DNA of 54,421 nucleotides from a virus (Duplodnaviria; Caudoviricetes): IMG/VR virus record IMGVR_UViG_3300049737_000325, positions 1 to 54,421 of that record; one strand, 5' to 3'. Shown piece by piece: positions 38,153 to 46,641 of this stretch (position 1 is its first letter; each line of letters starts with the position of its first letter). The notes under the pieces were generated by a model. It saw only the letters and a program-made list of their open reading frames with translations, ran no database searches and was not told where the DNA came from. The position numbers and the translations under genes were made by a program.

Positions 38153-39559
38153 TTAGAGCTTAAATTTTTTTGTCAATTCGTCGGCTTTTGTGTAATATTC
38201 ATAAGATGTTTTCTTATACTCTTTTCTTTGGCCATATAAATCACCTAGAATCTTTTTAAGAATACTATCTTCTTTTTTATACACAACTCCATTTTCGCAT
38301 ACAATAACAGATTCATCTTTACGACGTTCTTTTATTTCTGCTTCTCCTACCATCTCAATAAATGCATCCGGTGAAATGTTAAACTGTCTCATTATAGATG
38401 GATATAGTGATGCAAAATCAAATGCACTTACACCACCATAATAACCCACAATAGGCTGTTTAACAAAAGCACCTTCATACTTAGCTTCTTTTTTACTGTC
38501 TGCTTTGTCGTATTCTACACCAATACGTTGTCCTTGCTCTGTTAACTTACGAGCAATTAAAGATTCAGTAACAGCCACCGGGGAGGCAGCTTTATATAAT
38601 GGCATTCTTGTAATCGTAGCTAAGGTTAAAAGAACTTCCATAGATCTAAGTTTCTGATCTATGTAATAAACTAAACAAGAGTCAATTACGTTATAGAAGA
38701 CATATTTCTTAAAGTCATTCTCGTAAAGATCTTGTAAAGATCCACTATATTGTATTTTACTAATACCGCCAAGCACTGCACCAGATACAAATGCTAACGC
38801 GTTAGATTCTTTTACAGCAACCGAACGATCGTACTTATCATATAATTGCATGTAATCTAAGATACCCATGTGTAGAGGTCTAGAGTCTTTTCTATCTAAA
38901 GCGCCAGTGATTGCAACCTTTTCTAAATCTATTTGTAAGATTTTACAACGGTTTACAATATACTGCCAGTCATAGTTAATAAAGTTCCATCCTGTCATCA
39001 TAGGGAATTTAGGTAAAAACTTATGTAGGAAAGTATAAACCATATCATACTCCGACTTAAATTTGTAATAACTAAATTCCCAATCAGAATCATAATTCTT
39101 GAGATGCTCATTAGTGTCATCTTCAATAGCTTTGATTTGTTTAGAGTCTAGATCTTCAAGGCCTAATACAATAGCCTTTTTATCTGGGGTAATAATTGAG
39201 AATGTTAATATTCGAGATTTAGCTTCTTCAGGTTTTGGAAAACCATCTACAATTTCAGTCTCAATATCAACAAAATATGTTTTAGGCATATTAAACTCAA
39301 AGATTTCTTCTTGATCTTTTTCTGGTAGACCATCCATAAAGTAAAGAAGTGAAAACTTATTAAAGGATCTAGAAATAGATTTCTTAAGTGGTCGCCCGTC
39401 CCAATTTGTAGTGGAACGATCTTTCCATTTATCATTATCTTTTGCTACAACCCAATTCTGAAATTTATCAATTCCATATCGTTTAAATGATACTGTACCC
39501 TCTTTGTTATAGTAAGATACAATTACTTCTTTCTCTTTTTGCTCAATATCTAATAACAT
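38153..39559 (-). CDS. gp43A: family-B DNA polymerase, N-terminal subunit (gp43A: 3'-5' exonuclease plus motif A)
   Basis: ExoI DIETE, ExoII GWN...YD, ExoIII YNVID, motif A DFASLYPSI; stops after the first fingers helix (QRKEYKK). Confidence 0.9.
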   Translation of the reverse strand: MLLDIEQKEKEVIVSYYNKEGTVSFKRYGIDKFQNWVVAKDNDKWKDRSTTNWDGRPLKKSISRSFNKFSLLYFMDGLPEKDQEEIFEFNMPKTYFVDIETEIVDGFPKPEEAKSRILTFSIITPDKKAIVLGLEDLDSKQIKAIEDDTNEHLKNYDSDWEFSYYKFKSEYDMVYTFLHKFLPKFPMMTGWNFINYDWQYIVNRCKILQIDLEKVAITGALDRKDSRPLHMGILDYMQLYDKYDRSVAVKESNALAFVSGAVLGGISKIQYSGSLQDLYENDFKKYVFYNVIDSCLVYYIDQKLRSMEVLLTLATITRMPLYKAASPVAVTESLIARKLTEQGQRIGVEYDKADSKKEAKYEGAFVKQPIVGYYGGVSAFDFASLYPSIMRQFNISPDAFIEMVGEAEIKERRKDESVIVCENGVVYKKEDSILKKILGDLYGQRKEYKKTSYEYYTKADELTKKFKL

Positions 39560-40026
39560 TAATAGCCTCTTTTTTGACGTTGAACATTCTCTTCTGCTTT
39601 CGCAAAATAGTAATTGTAAGCGGTCTTTGCGTCAAGGCCTATGGACGCGGCATAATTAATAAAGAAGTGTAGAATATCTACCCATTCCATATATAGTTCT
39701 TTTTTATCATCTTCAGATAAATCAGAAACTTTCTTATTATCAAATGTTGAGAAGTCTTTCTTCCAGTATTTCCATACTGCATTTCCACTTCCGTCTTTGA
39801 TTCCACCAAGAGCATCTGTCATTTCGTGAATTTCATCAATTACAGCATGAGTATTACAGTGCCAGAAATTCATTACATCTCGTAATGACATTTCTTCGAA
39901 GTTAAAACCATAGGTTTTTTCTTGCATGTTTTTTTGATGAGACATGATGTCTGCTAAGTGTGTTGTTGATTCTGCATAGAAGTCTTTTACTTCTAAGTCT
40001 TTGCATTCGTTATCTATATTTGCCAT
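39559..40026 (-). CDS. all-alpha dNTP pyrophosphatase (gp56 dCTPase/dUTPase-like)
   Basis: DEIHEM..WKYWK..EWVDILHF..KAEEN..RQ..GY. Confidence 0.8.
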   Translation of the reverse strand: MANIDNECKDLEVKDFYAESTTHLADIMSHQKNMQEKTYGFNFEEMSLRDVMNFWHCNTHAVIDEIHEMTDALGGIKDGSGNAVWKYWKKDFSTFDNKKVSDLSEDDKKELYMEWVDILHFFINYAASIGLDAKTAYNYYFAKAEENVQRQKRGY

Positions 40027-40056
40027 CGCTACTTTATTTAATTATTATAGTTAGAT

Positions 40057-40953
40057 TTACTTATCTGTTTCAAGTATTTCACCCCAAGCTCTTTCAGACT
40101 TTGTTAACAATTTTGTGTTAATATCTTCTGGTTTAGGGTCTCCACCTACATTCCAAAACCAGGCGCCAGGAGTACCATGCTTTTTCATGAACTCCCAAGC
40201 CTTCGCATCGTAGTTCATTGCCGATGGAAATGGTGGATTATATTGTGGATCTACATTTTGTGTAAATGCTTTTGGGTGAGACCATACTTCTGCAATACCT
40301 CTTTCGCCCTTCTTAATATTTCTTGCTACTGCAACTCCATTAAACTTAGCATCAGGCCAGGCTATTTGCAGAGACCTCTGTAGAACGCCAGTGGATATTG
40401 CTGACCATACTTCATCAGGGTACCCATGTGTTTCTGCAATAGTATGCGCGACCTTCACAGCAGCCGCTGTAACTAGCTCATGTTTAAGTCCTAAGGGAAT
40501 AAAGAATGCATTGTTTGCTTCTGCCCATTTCTTTGCGTGAGCATTTAAGACTGGCATTGCTGCAATTCTTTTAAATTTCATTTCAGCTCCCATTTCTACA
40601 CAGATCGCTTGATGATCTGAAATCTCTTTTTGTGATGGACTGAATAGAACAAGTTTCTTATTATACTTTTTTGCTAGGTATGCTAATGAGATACCTGCAA
40701 ATCCATATCTAGGTTGAACATAAACTAGAGTATCTTGTCTACAAGTGCTAACTAGAATATCTCCAAATCTACATTTAGATCCAAAGCCCATCATGTCTTC
40801 TCTTACCACTTTAAATCCTTCATGGTCTACTAATTGTGGAGCCTCGAAAGGATCTACCCAGTCACCTGCTAAATCTAACCATGCCTGTTTATTTGGCATC
40901 ATCAGATTTAAGTCTTGATTGTAAAGTGATGTTGTGTGGTTATTATGTGCCAT
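40057..40953 (-). CDS. PLP-dependent enzyme, fold type II (cysteine synthase/ACC deaminase-like)
   Basis: VRED..GSK.R (Schiff-base Lys), STG phosphate loop, YDAK, FWNVG. Confidence 0.7.
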   Translation of the reverse strand: MAHNNHTTSLYNQDLNLMMPNKQAWLDLAGDWVDPFEAPQLVDHEGFKVVREDMMGFGSKCRFGDILVSTCRQDTLVYVQPRYGFAGISLAYLAKKYNKKLVLFSPSQKEISDHQAICVEMGAEMKFKRIAAMPVLNAHAKKWAEANNAFFIPLGLKHELVTAAAVKVAHTIAETHGYPDEVWSAISTGVLQRSLQIAWPDAKFNGVAVARNIKKGERGIAEVWSHPKAFTQNVDPQYNPPFPSAMNYDAKAWEFMKKHGTPGAWFWNVGGDPKPEDINTKLLTKSERAWGEILETDK

Positions 40954-42172
40954 ATAATTCTTTTACTTTTTGTTTGTATTCTTCTACGTTTGTACTAGCT
41001 GCTTTTAGAACTTTATCATCTGATGGAAATGAAGTCATACCATTAAATGTTTCTAATAGCCCTAAATCTAACATAGCCTTTTGTCTACCGTATGGATGAT
41101 CTTTAATAGTTGAGGAATTCCATAGAGTGTCCATATTAATATGTGAATAATCTGCACCTGGTCTTAGATAGTTTTCAATCCATCTGATAAAATCACATGC
41201 AACATCCTCAGCGTTATATGGAAGACTACCAGTATCTTCATAAATCTTAGTCATAACTGCATCCAAGAACTCTTCAGACTTCTTACCTTTCTTTTCTACA
41301 GGATCTGCAAGATAACCAATACATTCTACTGCATTAGTACCATAATAGAACATTGATTCTCTATTCATAAATTCTGGGTACCAATCACATACATCTGCAA
41401 TAACTGCAGCATACTGGAATCTATAAGCTCTTAATCCGTTATCGGCATTCCACTTAAACATCCATTCTCCTAACTCTCTTAAATCCTTCTTACCACCTTC
41501 TCTTAAGTAGCCTGCCATGTCTCTTGCAAGTCTTGGTGCAAATTCACATAGGAAATAATCACCACCTTTTTTGTAAACATATTCTGGTTCTTTAAAACTA
41601 GCCATACCAACAAATGAGTCTTCACCTAAATCCGGCTTTGGTGGCTTAGGGAATGCTGGAAACTGATAACCAACTGACGTGTAAAAAGAAGTTGGGTGAT
41701 GTTTTACCTTCTCACACATATCTTCAATAGACTCACAATCATGTAAATCAAATAAGATTGTATTATGATAACCAGATGGTTTAGTTGCGTAATTAATTGC
41801 AGAACCACAAACTCTATGTAGAATAAAGATGTACAAGTATTCTTCTAGTCCAAAAGTATCTCTCTTACCAGTCCAGTTTTTTGCAACCTCTTCTCTTTGG
41901 GGGTAAATTTTACCAGCCTGCATGTGTTTCCAATAGGGATGCTCTGGAGTCCAGCCATAAAATACATCATTTATGATCTGGCTAAAACCTGCGTACTTTC
42001 GTTCAACGACATCATATAGCTGAATCTGTTCCATTAGCGGATCGTTCATTCCACTATCGGCATGATCTACCATACCTAGATTTGAACGCTCTTGTTGCTT
42101 TAATGCCAGGTCATAATACCTGATGAACTCATCATAATATTTAGTTGTCTTAATTTGAACTTTGTTACTCAT
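40943..42172 (-). CDS. putative amino acid:DNA transferase (aGPT-Pplase-like, HhH-glycosylase-related fold)
   Basis: FQYAAVIAD, YGTNA and NAEDVACDFIRW resemble the F..Y.V..D, GPGA and E..LCE..KY motifs of that family; overlaps the PLP enzyme gene. Confidence 0.5.
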   Translation of the reverse strand: MSNKVQIKTTKYYDEFIRYYDLALKQQERSNLGMVDHADSGMNDPLMEQIQLYDVVERKYAGFSQIINDVFYGWTPEHPYWKHMQAGKIYPQREEVAKNWTGKRDTFGLEEYLYIFILHRVCGSAINYATKPSGYHNTILFDLHDCESIEDMCEKVKHHPTSFYTSVGYQFPAFPKPPKPDLGEDSFVGMASFKEPEYVYKKGGDYFLCEFAPRLARDMAGYLREGGKKDLRELGEWMFKWNADNGLRAYRFQYAAVIADVCDWYPEFMNRESMFYYGTNAVECIGYLADPVEKKGKKSEEFLDAVMTKIYEDTGSLPYNAEDVACDFIRWIENYLRPGADYSHINMDTLWNSSTIKDHPYGRQKAMLDLGLLETFNGMTSFPSDDKVLKAASTNVEEYKQKVKELYGT

Positions 42173-42329
42173 TCACTTCTATGATTTCCCAATTGAAAGC
42201 ACTTCGGTTTCTTTGGTATTGTGACATAGACCACTCTATATCTTCGGTTTTTATTTCGATAACATGTGGTGCTGCTGCACACATTTTAGATTCGGTTATT
42301 GGTGTAATTTGGATTTGGTATGTTTTCAT
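42165..42329 (-). CDS. small hypothetical protein (54 aa)
   Basis: Read manually: MKTYQIQITPITESKMCAAAPHVIEIKTEDIEWSMSQYQRNRSAFNWEIIEVNE*, fills the operon gap exactly. Confidence 0.6.
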   Translation of the reverse strand: MKTYQIQITPITESKMCAAAPHVIEIKTEDIEWSMSQYQRNRSAFNWEIIEVNE

Positions 42330-42330
42330 T

Positions 42331-43404
42331 TTAAAATAGTGCGAGTGTTGCTTTGGTTAGTTTTGAGTTAGGTTCATTTTTAACTAGATCCCAACGATAA
42401 TACTCTCGTGCAATATGAACTGACTTAGGCTTTTCCATAACATCAAATGTTAACTCTCCAAAAGAGTTTAGGTAAACATCCGGATGTCTCCAAGTCTTCC
42501 AGTCATTTCTTTCACACATATCGGTTACCATTTGATTAAACTGTTTTACCAGTTCAGTTCTTTCAGCCCAACTACCTGCAAATGGAGTATCTTTATAGTA
42601 CCCTGTTTTTGGTAGAGGTCTGGATTCATTTTCAATTGGTAGAGCTTGAACAACTTCAATATTATCAATTTCTAAATCGATTAGTTGTTGTTCATAAATA
42701 GCCATCATATCTTTTAGAGCTTTGCTAGGATTAGCTTGTCTCATAAGATGATGTCTAATATCTATATTCCCTAGATAGATCCTAAGCTCTTGGATTTCTT
42801 CTGGTACATAAGAACGAAGGCCTCGTCTTAACGTACCGAATAGAGTTAATCCATCATTTCGATCGGTCATATACCCTGGGGTATATTGACTAAAAGAATG
42901 TGAGTCTCCAAAGCAAAGCGACTTTGTCTTTTGGATTCGGTCTACTCTGGGAATACTAGCGCAGATTTCCTTAGCATCTTCTATACGAACCTCTAGGGTT
43001 TTAAAAAGATCTGAACCTGTCTTTAAACGTTTCTCAATTAGAGTACCTACACAAGGCATATCGTGATGTAGTGAATACATCCTAACACCTTTTGAAAATA
43101 ATCTAATTACTTGATTGTATAAATCATCATTAGCACCTCCAAATATATTGAAGTTGCCTTTAAATTCCATACCATGTTCTAATAATATTACATGGAAATT
43201 CTCTTCCCAATGAGTTACAACATCTGTAATTACTGTAACATCAGTATATCCAGCTGCAGTTAATTGGTTTGCAAGTTTAAAAGCCCAACCTGATTTATGT
43301 GATTGTGGCTTCGGACTTAGTTTACCTACTAGAGCTGCAATACCTATTTTAGTATTTTTATCTTTCTCTAAATCAGTAAAATATATTTGGTTATTGGTTG
43401 TCAT
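42331..43404 (-). CDS. two-domain protein with C-terminal SGNH/GDSL-like domain (probable start MTTNN)
   Basis: CFGDSHS (block I), YLGNID (block III), SVH near the C-terminus (block V-like). Confidence 0.55.
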   Translation of the reverse strand: MTTNNQIYFTDLEKDKNTKIGIAALVGKLSPKPQSHKSGWAFKLANQLTAAGYTDVTVITDVVTHWEENFHVILLEHGMEFKGNFNIFGGANDDLYNQVIRLFSKGVRMYSLHHDMPCVGTLIEKRLKTGSDLFKTLEVRIEDAKEICASIPRVDRIQKTKSLCFGDSHSFSQYTPGYMTDRNDGLTLFGTLRRGLRSYVPEEIQELRIYLGNIDIRHHLMRQANPSKALKDMMAIYEQQLIDLEIDNIEVVQALPIENESRPLPKTGYYKDTPFAGSWAERTELVKQFNQMVTDMCERNDWKTWRHPDVYLNSFGELTFDVMEKPKSVHIAREYYRWDLVKNEPNSKLTKATLALF

Positions 43405-43720
43405 CGATTCCAGCATCTGCATCAGTTAAATTAATAGGCTTTTCAGTATCGCCATAGCCATACTTCTTAATATAATTATCTAAGCCGCCAATATATGCGA
43501 CTGCATCTAGAAGATTATCCTCTTTATAGTTGTAAGAGTGTCTGCTTAATTTAAGTGCAACAAGTGCTGCATACATGTCGGCTCCAGTAAATTCTTTACC
43601 TGTCATGCCTGAACAAACCATGGCAGCTCTTCGCATGCCTTCTTCGAAAGGACCATATTGGCGTTCTTTCTCTTCTGATCTGTGGTTAATGATTTTGTCT
43701 GCTTCGTTTAATATGTTCAT
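43391..43720 (-). CDS. DUF6378-like small all-alpha protein (possible nucleotide pyrophosphatase)
   Basis: IL.EA..I...R..QYG, LKLSR, DNLLD..AY pattern. Confidence 0.6.
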   Translation of the reverse strand: MNILNEADKIINHRSEEKERQYGPFEEGMRRAAMVCSGMTGKEFTGADMYAALVALKLSRHSYNYKEDNLLDAVAYIGGLDNYIKKYGYGDTEKPINLTDADAGIDDNQ

Positions 43721-43769
43721 AGAACTAGATTTAATTAATCTTTATAGAGGAATAGCCTCGTTTGTTTCA

Positions 43770-44450
43770 CTATAATTCGTAGATAACTGGAACTAAATTC
43801 GAGATAACCAAGTACTCATACGGGAGCGCATCAACAAAATAGTGGTTATCGTCATAGTCGATCACTTTCATATTAGTATGTCCAACGACTTGTATAATAG
43901 TATCATTAAGAGGATTACGTCTTAGGGCTTGAGGTCTAATCCACATTGGACCTTCACCATCATAATTACCATACATTTCCATACCACTATGATTAAACGA
44001 TCTCTTATCATAAGACCATAGATCATTAATTTGTTCTGGGATATTACCACCTTCTGGGAAATTGGCCTCATACCACACTTTCGAAACGCCAGCATGTGTA
44101 AATAAAAACTTATCTACCTGATATGCTACTTGTAAATGTTCTTTAGTTTCTTTTAAGAGTTCACCAATTTCTGGTGCGTGCCATACATTATATCCACCGT
44201 ATCTTCCACCACAATCTGACATATAGTGAAAGTCATGATTACCGATCAGCATAGTTACTTTAACATCAGTAGATTCCTTCCATGCAATAATCTCTTTGTA
44301 ATTATAGATTTGTTCTACATGTGAAACTGAGAATGAATCAAAATAGTCTCCAATGAATACAAACTCAGTAGCATCAGGATTCAGCTCGATAATCTTCTTC
44401 CAACTCACGTGTCCGTGAATGTCTCCTATTACTACTATTTTACTCATCAT
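43770..44450 (-). CDS. calcineurin-like metallophosphoesterase
   Basis: GDIHG, GDYFD, GNHD, THAG, VGHT. Confidence 0.88.
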   Translation of the reverse strand: MMSKIVVIGDIHGHVSWKKIIELNPDATEFVFIGDYFDSFSVSHVEQIYNYKEIIAWKESTDVKVTMLIGNHDFHYMSDCGGRYGGYNVWHAPEIGELLKETKEHLQVAYQVDKFLFTHAGVSKVWYEANFPEGGNIPEQINDLWSYDKRSFNHSGMEMYGNYDGEGPMWIRPQALRRNPLNDTIIQVVGHTNMKVIDYDDNHYFVDALPYEYLVISNLVPVIYEL

Positions 44451-44580
44451 TTTTACCTTTATGCTTCTTAGTACGTCTATATTTCTTTTTGTTTCTCACT
44501 GGAGTCGGCATACGCAAAGCATCTAACCACTCTTGTAGTGTTAGATTTACTTCTTTTAATTTTTTGCTTTTGTCGTCCAT
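44440..44580 (-). CDS. 46-aa basic protein, possibly ArfA-like
   Basis: Read manually: MDDKSKKLKEVNLTLQEWLDALRMPTPVRNKKKYRRTKKHKGKNDE*, directly behind the 31-bp repeat. Confidence 0.55.
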   Translation of the reverse strand: MDDKSKKLKEVNLTLQEWLDALRMPTPVRNKKKYRRTKKHKGKNDE

Positions 44581-44593
44581 GGTTTATAGTACT

Positions 44594-44624
44594 AATATAC
44601 GAAAAATAATTGACATAAAAAAAT
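44594..44624 (-). promoter_or_regulatory. 31-bp repeat, putative early promoter, copy 2
   Basis: Identical to 10839-10869. Confidence 0.6.
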
Positions 44625-44634
44625 CTAGAGGCAA

Positions 44635-45792
44635 TTATTTTGCAAGAATTGCAAACTTTTCTGCTTCGATCTGTTTGATCTTAAGTGCAACATCCGGGCC
44701 TTTAACTCCGAATTCCTTCATAACATCTTTACCATTTGTAGATGGCTTGTATTTAAAAAAGGCTTTAATCATTTTAGCATCTAATCTATTAATCTTTACA
44801 AACTCTAAAATAACCTTCTTATCAAGTCCGCTATTTTTAAATTGCTTATGTGTATCAAACACATTCGCTGGATCAAATGTCATTAAGTTCTTTAAGAATA
44901 CAACTGCACTAATTTCATCATTTGAAAATGTAGCCTTGTTCATTTCTTTCTTAAGAATATCTGTATCGTTTGCCATAAACAAATGAGTCAATTGAATTAA
45001 CCAATTATTTGTATCGATAAACTTTTCGCTAATAGGCAATGTCGGGAACATGATATTCCATAGCTTAAATTCAGAAACCATTTCTAAGTATTTCTTAGCA
45101 GACTTTGCAGTCGTTACTGATTTCTTAAATTCATCTCTGATTCTTTCTGGGCTAATACCTTCTAAACTATTATCTGTTAGAATTGCTTCTGCAGTTTCTT
45201 TTTCTAATTTACTTCCAGTTCTACCAGCAAATCTTAAGGCTCTTAATTTTCTAAGTGGATCTTCTGCAAATCTATCCGCAGCAACTCCAACCGTTCTAAT
45301 CTTTGAGTTCTTTATATCTTCTAAGCCACCTACAAGATCCACAACCTCTTCTCTACCCATGTCATAGAATAATGCATTAATAGTTAGATCTCGTCTTAGA
45401 ACGTCCTTATCTATTGTAGAGTACTCCACGGCATCAGGTCTTCGGCCTTTACCAATATCTTCTCTAAATGTTGCAACCTCAACTCCAGCTGGATCTGATG
45501 GTACGTTTACAATAACCACACCAAATTGATGTCCAACTTCTCCGGTGGTTGTGTAACCTGCATTAGTAACTATTTCAATAACTTCTGCTGGAAATGCATC
45601 TGTTGCTAAATCAAAGTCTTTTGGCTTCTTACCAAGTAGTGCATCTCGAACTGCACCTCCAACTACAAAAAGTTCTTTACCATTCTTTTTAAATAGTTTA
45701 TGCAGATCTAATATATCAGAAGGCACATTCATCTTAAGTGAATTCTTTGCCTCTGTTAAAAGTCTAAAATCTGTGAAGTTTTGTAAGTTCAT
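44635..45792 (-). CDS. cca: class II tRNA nucleotidyltransferase (CCA-adding-like)
   Basis: GGAVRD..DFD, EVATFR, RRDLTINAL, EDPLR.LRALRF, ERI..E; lacks the G[RK][RK]F poly(A) polymerase signature. Confidence 0.85.
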   Translation of the reverse strand: MNLQNFTDFRLLTEAKNSLKMNVPSDILDLHKLFKKNGKELFVVGGAVRDALLGKKPKDFDLATDAFPAEVIEIVTNAGYTTTGEVGHQFGVVIVNVPSDPAGVEVATFREDIGKGRRPDAVEYSTIDKDVLRRDLTINALFYDMGREEVVDLVGGLEDIKNSKIRTVGVAADRFAEDPLRKLRALRFAGRTGSKLEKETAEAILTDNSLEGISPERIRDEFKKSVTTAKSAKKYLEMVSEFKLWNIMFPTLPISEKFIDTNNWLIQLTHLFMANDTDILKKEMNKATFSNDEISAVVFLKNLMTFDPANVFDTHKQFKNSGLDKKVILEFVKINRLDAKMIKAFFKYKPSTNGKDVMKEFGVKGPDVALKIKQIEAEKFAILAK

Positions 45793-45886
45793 TAATTATA
45801 TATCTTGTTTATTACAGTACTAACATAATAAAAAAGCCTGAAACTAAAAAGTATCAGGCTTATTATTTTATTAAAGTTATTAACAA

Positions 45887-46627
45887 TTATCCCATTGCTG
45901 CTTCAATGTCCCATTGAATTCTTTGTAATGGATCGTCGCCTCTAAATTCTTTCTTCACCCATGCAATTAATCCAGGTTCGAACTTAGCATTTTGTGCCAT
46001 TTCAAAACCAAAGCTTGAGTCGTGTCCACCTCCATCATTATCGTATGCTAGATCAGAAATCCACTTATCATACTTCTTTTGGTTCCACTTTACTTTCTTA
46101 ATTTTTTTAGCATGAGGTCCGTCTCCTAATGTAGAAGTGGCAGCCATGTAACTTCCAGGTTTAAATACACCAAGATCTTTACCAGTCTCATCGTACTTGA
46201 TTTCTTTTCTAAATCTTCTTAATGAATATTCACCACCTTTAAGCTGTGTTCTAGGAACTACTTCTCCTTGAGATGCACCAATAGCTATTTTTCTTTCTTC
46301 AGCTTTTTTAGGATCTGTTTCAAAATGTAGATCTCTAACTGCATTTTCAAATAAAGCCGCTTCATAAATATTATCAACCATCGATTCATTAACAAACGTT
46401 GAGAATTGTGTATATAAATTAAAAGATTCCATTTCTAATTTCTTTTTTGTATTATCCTTCTTAGCCTCTTCTTCATCATCATCTATATCTGCTACTGAAA
46501 GAACGTCTCCAGAACCTACTGTAGTTGCTGTTGGTAAAACTGGGTCTCCAATACCTCCAATAGTCATACCTGGATTTAAAGATACTGCTCCTGCTGAATT
46601 TTCTTCTAATGATTTATCTTCTGACAT
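45887..46627 (-). CDS. hypothetical, putative internal head protein
   Basis: Internal FSTFVNES motif and several x-x-E cleavage-like sites; within the late block. Confidence 0.55.
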   Translation of the reverse strand: MSEDKSLEENSAGAVSLNPGMTIGGIGDPVLPTATTVGSGDVLSVADIDDDEEEAKKDNTKKKLEMESFNLYTQFSTFVNESMVDNIYEAALFENAVRDLHFETDPKKAEERKIAIGASQGEVVPRTQLKGGEYSLRRFRKEIKYDETGKDLGVFKPGSYMAATSTLGDGPHAKKIKKVKWNQKKYDKWISDLAYDNDGGGHDSSFGFEMAQNAKFEPGLIAWVKKEFRGDDPLQRIQWDIEAAMG

Positions 46628-46641
46628 AGTGTTTTGTTATA

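Noticed and set aside
32367-39559. Polymerase halves as pseudogene fragments, or intron/intein interruption
   Set aside because: Both halves keep all catalytic motifs with clean starts and stops; the intervening DNA holds intact unrelated genes; no intein or homing endonuclease motifs seen
44635-45792. Poly(A) polymerase call
   Set aside because: The PAP signature G[RK][RK]F is absent (VGHQF) and the EDxxR templating motif is intact
45835-45860. AGCCTGA/TCAGGCT hairpin as a separate ncRNA
   Set aside because: Short stem beside an A-run, adequately explained as a terminator after the 45887 gene
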